Shown here: one piece after another, positions 1 through 6,841 of the stretch
Numbering within the stretch: position 1 is the stretch's first letter
Layout of the letters: every line of letters starts with the position of its first letter
NCBI GenBank assembly: GCA_046735395.1
Contig: JBJKQR010000054.1
Coordinates: forward strand, 1 to 53,257
Reading direction: 5' to 3'
Length of the DNA: 53,257 nucleotides
Source: Fidelibacterota bacterium
Lineage (GTDB): Bacteria > Fidelibacterota > Fidelibacteria > Fidelibacterales > DSDE01
The notes under the pieces: generated by a model
The model's input: only the letters and a program-made list of their open reading frames with translations
What the model was told of the DNA's origin: nothing
Database searches by the model: none
Made by a program: the position numbers and the translations under genes

Positions 1-98
1 CAAAAAACGCTCTGTGAACGGAAGCGAATTAACCTGAAAAAAAAGAGTGCTTAAAAGGAATTGGAAATCTAAAAAGTGTCTCTTAAATTAAATTCAAA

Positions 99-115
99 TT
101 GGTACGATTTAGGCT
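99..115 (+). promoter_or_regulatory. Candidate sigma-54 (-24/-12) promoter upstream of precursor cassette 1
   Basis: TTGGTACGATTTAGGCT has GG(101-102)-N10-GC(113-114) spacing and a good -24 half (TTGGTACG vs YTGGCACG). The -12 half is weak (AGGC vs TTGC). Confidence 0.3.
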
Positions 116-127
116 GAAAACGGACAG

Positions 128-406
128 AAAGACAAAACATGGAAGAAGGTTGCCATCGGATTATTTGTGGTGGCAATGTTAATGAATGTTTCAGTGTATT
201 TTGATTCATCTGGTAGTAGTAGTTCAGATCTAACGCTGGGAAACATGAAGGTGAATTTGTTCCAGAAAGCGTATGCTTATACAGCTTGTGGAAATCACGA
301 AAAATTTATGGATGTTACGTGTGAATTTGGTTGGTTTGGTGCATGTAAAGCAATTTGTACTAATGCACACCCATATGGTGCAGAATGTTGGTGTGTTAAA
401 AATTAA
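128..406 (+). CDS. Cys-rich secreted peptide precursor, copy 1 (NVEALA-like leader plus 42-aa, 6-Cys core); native ATG/RBS missing, so possibly truncated or silent
   Basis: The frame from 128 reads KDKTWKKVAIGLFVVAMLMNVSVYFDSSGSSSSDLTLGNMKVNLFQKAYA, 48/50 identical to the leader of 3799..4095, then YTACGNHEKFMDVTCEFGWFGACKAICTNAHPYGAECWCVKN. The codon matching the ATG is CAG (125-127) and there is an in-frame TAG at 110-112. The ORF track starts at GTG 167. Confidence 0.8.
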   Translation, partial: KDKTWKKVAIGLFVVAMLMNVSVYFDSSGSSSSDLTLGNMKVNLFQKAYAYTACGNHEKFMDVTCEFGWFGACKAICTNAHPYGAECWCVKN

Positions 407-420
407 TTAAATAATGGATG

Positions 421-455
421 GGTTGGGAGATAGAAAATTACTCTATCTCTCAACC
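421..455 (+). other. Stem-loop between precursor 1 and beta-propeller 1
   Basis: GGTTGGGAGATAGA (421-434) pairs with TCTATCTCTCAACC (442-455): 14 bp with one G-U pair and no long U-tract. Confidence 0.7.
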
Positions 456-468
456 ATTTGAGGGAATT

Positions 469-1614
469 ATGAAAAAAATCATTATATCTATTGTTATTTT
501 AGGTGCTTTAGCATTATTAGTGTACAAACATAATATTGAAATTACTCCAACTTTGAATAATTCAGAAATAGTTCTTTCAGGAAAATTAAACAAAACTCAA
601 ATTTTGTTAAGAAAATATTTAATTAACAATGAATATTTAATTGATTCTTCTATAGTTACAGTGCAATTTGAAAATTTAAAAAATAATTATATTTCTTACT
701 TAGCAGAATTCGATACATTGTCAAATGGGAATTACATAATATCTGAATATGCATCAGATAAATTTATTGGTCTATTCTCATCTTCCGGGAAATTTATTAG
801 GGAAATAGGACGTTCTGGTCAGGGCCCAGGTGAATACATATTACCTGACAATATTTCTGTTAAAAATGATACAATATATAGATATGATAAAGACAATAAA
901 AAATTATGTCTGTTTAATTCGGAAGGAGAATTTATCACTGAATATAAAATTATTTTATATATATCTGATATTATACTATTGAAAGATAAGCCAATAATTA
1001 TTGGGTGGTTGAAAAATGGTTTTGTTCCGAATATTTACCCGATTTCTATTGCTAATTATCAAACTAATAGTATATTAAATTTTGGAAGTATTGAGAATAT
1101 AAATTTACCCATTTTAAGAGCTCCCATCAAACCAGGGATTTGTACTGATGGTAAGAATATATTTTGTCTTGAACCAATGAAATTTGGATTTAAAAAATAT
1201 GATTTTACAGGGGAGTTAGTAAATGATTATTTTCCAATAGAAGTTCCTTCAATTTTTTCCCCAGTTTCTTTGAAAAAATATAATTATTTAATTGATAAAA
1301 ATTCTTCAAAATTAAGCAAAGCATATCAAAAGCATGCAAAATGTCGAGCAATATTTTATTTGGGGAACGATATTCTCGCTATTCAGATACTAGGTGATGA
1401 AACAAAAAATGATTATAAATTGAATTATTTAAGTTTTTTTACAACAAGTGGTCAATATTTAGGTGCTTTACGTATTGGGAAGCATAGGATTAATAAAGTA
1501 TCAAATGGTAAAATTTATTATTGGGAAGAAAATACAAAATTTATAAACGGGAAATATGGAAATTCAAAACTAAATATTATTGATTTTTGGAAGAATATTG
1601 GAGTAAATAGGTGA
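469..1614 (+). CDS. Six-bladed beta-propeller (DUF5128/NHL-like) with N-terminal membrane anchor
   Basis: Contains the motif IGRSGQGPGEYILPDNISV and repeated 'lFsssGkfi' blade ends. Start MKKIIISIV at 469 follows RBS GAGGGA; the ORF-track start at 418 lies at the hairpin. Confidence 0.75.
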   Translation: MKKIIISIVILGALALLVYKHNIEITPTLNNSEIVLSGKLNKTQILLRKYLINNEYLIDSSIVTVQFENLKNNYISYLAEFDTLSNGNYIISEYASDKFIGLFSSSGKFIREIGRSGQGPGEYILPDNISVKNDTIYRYDKDNKKLCLFNSEGEFITEYKIILYISDIILLKDKPIIIGWLKNGFVPNIYPISIANYQTNSILNFGSIENINLPILRAPIKPGICTDGKNIFCLEPMKFGFKKYDFTGELVNDYFPIEVPSIFSPVSLKKYNYLIDKNSSKLSKAYQKHAKCRAIFYLGNDILAIQILGDETKNDYKLNYLSFFTTSGQYLGALRIGKHRINKVSNGKIYYWEENTKFINGKYGNSKLNIIDFWKNIGVNR

Positions 1615-2114
1615 AAAAATTATATTTAAAATTTGGTGTCCCAATTATTGTATTTTTATATTTAGCTTTGATTATCTTGCCTGCTACTTCAAATCATATT
1701 TTAAAAATATTATTTTTAAAAGATATTTCATTTGTAGAATATTTAAATGAACAAAGTAAATCAAAACTTCCAATATTATTCATCCCAAACCATTATTGTG
1801 GCCATTGTTTAGAAAATGCTGTTACATATTTTAAAAAGTTTAGTACCGTATATGTGATTAGCAGTGTTGATGAAAAAAATCCTTCAGCCTTTAATGCTTT
1901 GTACATGGAACTAAAACCATATAACAATCATACTCTAACATTTATTAAAACTAATTCATTTTATAAAATATTTTTACCTCAAAAAGTAGAATATATACTT
2001 TTTAATAAGGATAATAAAAAAATTATGAATAAAACATATATATCTACTGATAAAAAACTAAATAATAAAAACATGAAAACATTCCTTCAAAATTTAGAAA
2101 CAGCCACATCGTAA
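1611..2114 (+). CDS. Membrane-anchored CxxC (CGHC) thioredoxin-like protein
   Basis: N-terminal hydrophobic helix, then PILFIPNHYCGHCLEN (beta-strand + CxxC + helix). GTG start overlaps the upstream stop. Confidence 0.6.
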   Translation: MKKLYLKFGVPIIVFLYLALIILPATSNHILKILFLKDISFVEYLNEQSKSKLPILFIPNHYCGHCLENAVTYFKKFSTVYVISSVDEKNPSAFNALYMELKPYNNHTLTFIKTNSFYKIFLPQKVEYILFNKDNKKIMNKTYISTDKKLNNKNMKTFLQNLETATS

Positions 2115-2275
2115 GTTATATTAATTTGTTAATAAATATAGATCTAAATATTTTTTAAGAATTAAGTGTTAATTATTTTGGGTGGATCATAAAAATAATC
2201 ACAATAAGAATTTTTAAAACATGACAAACGGTTCATTATGTTTTTATTAATAAATTGTAAATCATTGGATGTAAA

Positions 2276-3061
2276 ATGATACATTACAATAATATATATA
2301 TAATAAGACTTTTAAAATATATCATAGTGTTCAATATTATAATAGTATTATTGATATTTTGTATCTATTTCTATTCTGAAAATGATAAAGTAAACAAAAT
2401 CAATCCCCCAAAAGGTTTTCAAAAAGTATTTTATGACAAAGATTCTTTTCCATTCATGATCAAACACTTACCATTGAAAAAGATAAATATCATAAGATTT
2501 TGGAATAATAAATTATTCTTCAAAGGTTTTTGCATATACAATACTTATGGTGTTATTGATGTTCCTTTATATTTCAACGAAGATCTTGAACAATGTGCAG
2601 ATTTTGCCATGAGGTTCTGGAGTGATTACCATTTAATAAATGACCGATTAGATAAATTGGAGTTATTTGATTTCAATGGAAACAGGTGTGCTTTCCGGGA
2701 TTCAGATAAGTCATATTTAGACTATTTGCACTGGCACATGGGATTTTCCAACTCATATTCAATTAAAGAAGGCGGAATAGTTGTTGATCCTGATAGCTTG
2801 CAGCCTGGAGATATGCTGGTCCAGAATAATGATGGAAAAGAAGGACACGTTTCAATTATTATGGATGTTGCTGAAAATGATATTGGTGATAAGGTGTATC
2901 TGATTGGCTATGGTAATACACCAGCTCAGCAATTTCATATAGAAAAAGCAGGGAAAAAGTACGGAATTGGTGGTTGGTTTACATTACCCGGTTATCGACA
3001 ATATTTGCATGATAAAAAATTCAATAAATTCGGTCCACCGGTATTCAGGCGGTTTAAGTAA
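2276..3061 (+). CDS. DUF4846-family protein with N-terminal TM
   Basis: Motifs EQCADFAMR, LQPGD, GHVSIIMD and PAQQFHI are characteristic of DUF4846. Confidence 0.7.
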   Translation: MIHYNNIYIIRLLKYIIVFNIIIVLLIFCIYFYSENDKVNKINPPKGFQKVFYDKDSFPFMIKHLPLKKINIIRFWNNKLFFKGFCIYNTYGVIDVPLYFNEDLEQCADFAMRFWSDYHLINDRLDKLELFDFNGNRCAFRDSDKSYLDYLHWHMGFSNSYSIKEGGIVVDPDSLQPGDMLVQNNDGKEGHVSIIMDVAENDIGDKVYLIGYGNTPAQQFHIEKAGKKYGIGGWFTLPGYRQYLHDKKFNKFGPPVFRRFK

Positions 3062-3780
3062 TGCATTACAAAGAAAAATTAGTGCAATTCATATTATTCG
3101 GAATAATCTTGTTATTAGTGTACAAATTGAAATTTTATTATTCAGCCTATTTAGGCGAAATTAAAATCAATACTATTGATGATGCAAGAATCTTCAATGC
3201 CAGTCAGTGTAAATTATTTAAGTATGATAATATCAAGGAAGCCTATCAGTCTATTATTATCCATCACTCAGCGTTACCTGTTTCTTATACTGCAGCAGAC
3301 ATACGATCAATTCACTTCAAAGAATTTGGATACAGTGATATCGCCTATCATTTTCTCATTAACAAACAAGGCGACATATTTAGAGGGCGATCTCTTGAAT
3401 TTGTTGGAGCACATGCAGGGCGAAATAAAGTAGCTGATAGTCTGGCTTTGGAATACAGAAAGGGGAATTATCAGGGTGAATACAAAGATATTCTACAACT
3501 TGACCCTGATTGGGGATCAGCAGGAATTTGTTTGTCAGGTAACTTTAATCGAACCCTTCCGACTATTCCACAGCTCATATCTTTACAAAAATTGATTAGG
3601 ATTTTAGCTGATAGCCTGGAAATCTCTTCTAAAGAAGTACATTTGCATAGAGAAATCAAGAATACACAGTGTCCAGGGAGATGGGGAACGTTTATGATTA
3701 AACCAATTCTTTGGATTATTAATAATCAAGGTCATGACTCTGAACAAAGGGTTTCGCGAGCCCAAAGAGACAACAAATGA
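3061..3780 (+). CDS. N-acetylmuramoyl-L-alanine amidase (Amidase_2/PGRP-like)
   Basis: Motifs IIIHHS, DIAYHFLI, GAHA, GICLSGNF, HRE and TQCPG (Zn ligands H, H, C); N-terminal TM. Confidence 0.85.
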   Translation: MHYKEKLVQFILFGIILLLVYKLKFYYSAYLGEIKINTIDDARIFNASQCKLFKYDNIKEAYQSIIIHHSALPVSYTAADIRSIHFKEFGYSDIAYHFLINKQGDIFRGRSLEFVGAHAGRNKVADSLALEYRKGNYQGEYKDILQLDPDWGSAGICLSGNFNRTLPTIPQLISLQKLIRILADSLEISSKEVHLHREIKNTQCPGRWGTFMIKPILWIINNQGHDSEQRVSRAQRDNK

Positions 3781-3798
3781 AAACGGAAAGGAAAAACC

Positions 3799-4095
3799 AT
3801 GAAAGACAAAACATGGAAGAAGATCGCCATCGGATTATTTGTGGTGGCAATGTTAATGAATGTTTCTGTGTATTTTGATTCATCGGGTAGCAGCACATCC
3901 GATCTTACACTGGGAAATATGAAAGTGAATCTATTCCAGAAAGCATACGCTTGCGGTGGTGATGACGGAGGAGGTGACTCCGATACTCCTTGTTTAGATG
4001 AAAAATGTTATGGAGGTACTCAGCTGTGTGCCACAATAACAAAAATAGAAGGCAATACGACTACAACAATCTATTGCTATGGTTCTCACTTATAA
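3799..4095 (+). CDS. Cys-rich secreted peptide precursor, copy 2 (51-aa leader plus 47-aa, 5-Cys core)
   Basis: AAGGA RBS and ATG present. Basic n-region, hydrophobic h-region, SDLTLGN motif and AYA, then CGGDDGGGDSDTPCLDEKCYGGTQLCATITKIEGNTTTTIYCYGSHL. Confidence 0.85.
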   Translation: MKDKTWKKIAIGLFVVAMLMNVSVYFDSSGSSTSDLTLGNMKVNLFQKAYACGGDDGGGDSDTPCLDEKCYGGTQLCATITKIEGNTTTTIYCYGSHL

Positions 4096-4106
4096 AATAT
4101 GAATAA

Positions 4107-4150
4107 TTACTCAGGTAGCAATTACTATCATTACTTTGCCACCTGAGTAA
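4107..4150 (+). other. Stem-loop between precursor 2 and beta-propeller 2
   Basis: TTACTCAGGTAGCAA (4107-4121) pairs with TTGCCACCTGAGTAA (4136-4150): 14/15 bp and no U-tract. Confidence 0.7.
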
Positions 4151-4172
4151 ATTACAAACAATGGGGCGATTA

Positions 4173-5216
4173 ATGCGTAGATCTATAATAATTTTATTTT
4201 TATCTTGTTTATTTTTGATATCTTCATGTACTGCTAATAAGTCAAAACTTAAAATTAAAAAAGAAAATAATATTTCATCTCAAAATATTCAACATAGGCA
4301 ATGGTTTTTAAAAGCAAAAGAAATTGGGAAGCTCAATATTCGTAATAAGGTGTTTCAACCATTTCTTTCGGCCGCATCAGATACATTTTTATTCATACTT
4401 GATTACAGCAGCATGAAAATTCATATTTTTTCTCCCTACGATAATTCATTTCATTCGGTAATTGGGAATGGAAAAGGCCATGGTCCCGGTGAACTAATTA
4501 ACCCAACTAAAATGACATTATATAAACAAAACATTTACATTTCTGATCCTATAAAAGGTTCAATTGAAATATATAATATTAAGAATGGATTATTAATTGA
4601 ATCTATAAAAGTTGGAGAGAATATTATACCCAAAAATATTATGGTAGGCGATGATAAAATTGTAATTCAAAATCAATATAATATTAATAGTGATAATTTA
4701 ATTTCATTTACACATACTTTTGAGGAAAATGGGAAAAGATTTGGTAAGAATTTAGTAAATATTAATTTAGGCAATAGTATCTATCATGAATCTAATTATT
4801 GTATAGTGAATAACAACATCATTGTTCAAAGCACACTTAGAAGTGGTTTGATAGGAAAATATTTTAATGAAGAATTAGTTTTGGTTAAAGAAACTATTGA
4901 TGGAATTCAACTTGACCCAATTGGAATAATTGAAAAAAACAATAAAATTAGCACTGATAAAAACATATTTATATTAACTTCACAAGTATTGATATGTGAT
5001 GGGGAGAAAATAATCAATTTAGTTTATAAAAAAGATAATAAAGTAAAAGAAAAAATTTTTGATTTATATGATATAGAATCCTTAGCTTATATTGCTAGTT
5101 TTAGGGTTGATAAAGACGTTTTTCAATTCCAAATTATTAATGATATTTTTATAACTATTAATAGCGATGAAATTTGTTTTTGGGAAATTGAGAGAACCAG
5201 AGATGAAAAAATATAA
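4173..5216 (+). CDS. Six-bladed beta-propeller lipoprotein (DUF5128/BF3164-like)
   Basis: Lipobox-like ISSC and motif IGNGKGHGPGELINP. Start is probably ATG 4173 (ORF track 4161). Confidence 0.75.
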   Translation: MRRSIIILFLSCLFLISSCTANKSKLKIKKENNISSQNIQHRQWFLKAKEIGKLNIRNKVFQPFLSAASDTFLFILDYSSMKIHIFSPYDNSFHSVIGNGKGHGPGELINPTKMTLYKQNIYISDPIKGSIEIYNIKNGLLIESIKVGENIIPKNIMVGDDKIVIQNQYNINSDNLISFTHTFEENGKRFGKNLVNINLGNSIYHESNYCIVNNNIIVQSTLRSGLIGKYFNEELVLVKETIDGIQLDPIGIIEKNNKISTDKNIFILTSQVLICDGEKIINLVYKKDNKVKEKIFDLYDIESLAYIASFRVDKDVFQFQIINDIFITINSDEICFWEIERTRDEKI

Positions 5217-5712
5217 AATAATCGCTACTCTTAGTTTTGTTTTTCTTCTTTTAACAATCATTCAGCGATACAGGGTAAATACTTTCAACGAAATTTCAGT
5301 ACCATATTATTATGAGTATGCTACTGAAAGATTAATCGGGAAAAACTTAGATTTAATAATGTTTAATAAGATGTGGACATATAAAAATTATTATACAATT
5401 ACATTAATTCATGAAGATGATTGTGAGGACTGTATAAATCAATGCTTAGATATTATAAAATCAGTACCTGATTTAGCATACAATCCAATATTATATTTAT
5501 CTGATTCTTCTAGAATTAAAAAGTATGATGACCTAGATCTAAACATTGTCTATAGTGATAATGTCGATTTTTATTTAGAAAAAATAGATTATGCAACAAC
5601 CCCAATAATTATTATTTTGAACAATAAAAATATAATCGTCGACTGTTTCTATCCAAAAGTGCAAGAAAATAATAAATTTAGCAAAATACTTGAAAAATAT
5701 AAATTTAACTAA
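5203..5712 (+). CDS. Membrane-anchored CxxC (CEDC) thioredoxin-like protein
   Basis: N-terminal TM, TLIHEDDCEDCIN and cis-Pro-type TTPIIIILN. Start MKKYK at 5203 overlaps the upstream gene. Confidence 0.65.
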   Translation: MKKYKIIATLSFVFLLLTIIQRYRVNTFNEISVPYYYEYATERLIGKNLDLIMFNKMWTYKNYYTITLIHEDDCEDCINQCLDIIKSVPDLAYNPILYLSDSSRIKKYDDLDLNIVYSDNVDFYLEKIDYATTPIIIILNNKNIIVDCFYPKVQENNKFSKILEKYKFN

Positions 5713-5730
5713 ATATCCTTTGAGACAATT

Positions 5731-6840
5731 ATGAAATTAAAACAAATTTCCATATTCCTTATATTTTTAATTTTTGTATCATGTTCAACAAAAGATTCAA
5801 ATGACAAAGTTGAGAAAGAATTAAAAGAAAATAAGGGAATAAAAGTCGATGTTGCTTGTGTAAAAAAGGGGAACCTCATTGATTACATTGAAACTACTGC
5901 AACAGCAGAAGCTATACAAAAGGGCAGTATAGAAAGCCGAGTTCAGGCAAAAATCACCGCAATCAAGGTTTTTGAAGGGGATCCTGTTGAGAAAGGGGAT
6001 ACCCTTTTTATTGTTGATAATACTCTAATAAAGAATGAGTGGATGATGACCTCCAGTAAATTCCTTAAAGCCTTATCAGATCTGCTGCTTGAGCTGGAAA
6101 CAATGACTGAATCGCAAACCATTCAAATCTGGTCTTCATACATGGATCGTCTCAGTTCATTCCACTATCCTGTGGCGCCTTTACCCGAGGTTTCAGACCC
6201 CAGGGTATCCGTCATCTTAGCCAGATTGGATATTCTTGTATTATATCAGCAAATTAAAGCATTTGAATATCAAATGGATCAATGCTTCATCACAGCTCCC
6301 TTTTCGGGAGTCATTTCGGATTTGGATGTATATCCCGGCGCCTCGGTCAAGGCAGGTCAGGAACTCTGCAGCCTTACTGACTTGTCAGAAATTCTCATCT
6401 ATGCAGATATACTTGAAGATGATCTGTATAAGATCAGACATGGATCCAGATTGATTGTCCTGTTCAATGGCACGGATACAACAGAGATTAGCGGCATCCT
6501 GCCAAAAATCAATCAGGATCGGCATAGCGGAATCGTTCAGGCACGAATAAGCAATACGGATCAACATTTGAAGGATATGCAGAGAGTGAGGGTTAAAATC
6601 GAGCGAAACGTGTACAGGAATCTACTTTTTGTTCCCCGATCAGCCATATTAACCCGCAATGACAGGAACCTTGTGTTCAAAGTGGAAAACAGCATAGCCA
6701 AATGGCAGTACGTAGAGACCGGATTTGGAACAGAAAACACGATTGAAATCCTCAGCGGCCTGAACGAAGGAGACAGTATCATCAGTGGGGGACACTATTC
6801 TCTGGGCCATAATGTAAAAGTACAGGTTTCCAAAAACTAA
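5731..6840 (+). CDS. RND efflux periplasmic adaptor (membrane fusion protein)
   Basis: Lipobox FVSC, lipoyl halves VFEGDPVEKGDTL and ITAPFSGVIS, and C-terminal VETG...EILSGLNEGD. Confidence 0.9.
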   Translation: MKLKQISIFLIFLIFVSCSTKDSNDKVEKELKENKGIKVDVACVKKGNLIDYIETTATAEAIQKGSIESRVQAKITAIKVFEGDPVEKGDTLFIVDNTLIKNEWMMTSSKFLKALSDLLLELETMTESQTIQIWSSYMDRLSSFHYPVAPLPEVSDPRVSVILARLDILVLYQQIKAFEYQMDQCFITAPFSGVISDLDVYPGASVKAGQELCSLTDLSEILIYADILEDDLYKIRHGSRLIVLFNGTDTTEISGILPKINQDRHSGIVQARISNTDQHLKDMQRVRVKIERNVYRNLLFVPRSAILTRNDRNLVFKVENSIAKWQYVETGFGTENTIEILSGLNEGDSIISGGHYSLGHNVKVQVSKN

Positions 6841-6841
6841 T

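Noticed and set aside
418..468. ORF-track N-terminal extension of propeller 1
   Set aside because: It spans the hairpin. ATG 469 has an RBS and begins a proper signal/anchor sequence.
128..4095. Calling the precursors lanthipeptides, sactipeptides/ranthipeptides or double-glycine bacteriocins
   Set aside because: There is no GG leader, maturase or C39 transporter in the visible island. The only radical SAM gene in the window is the housekeeping mtaB. Genes left of the window cannot be excluded.
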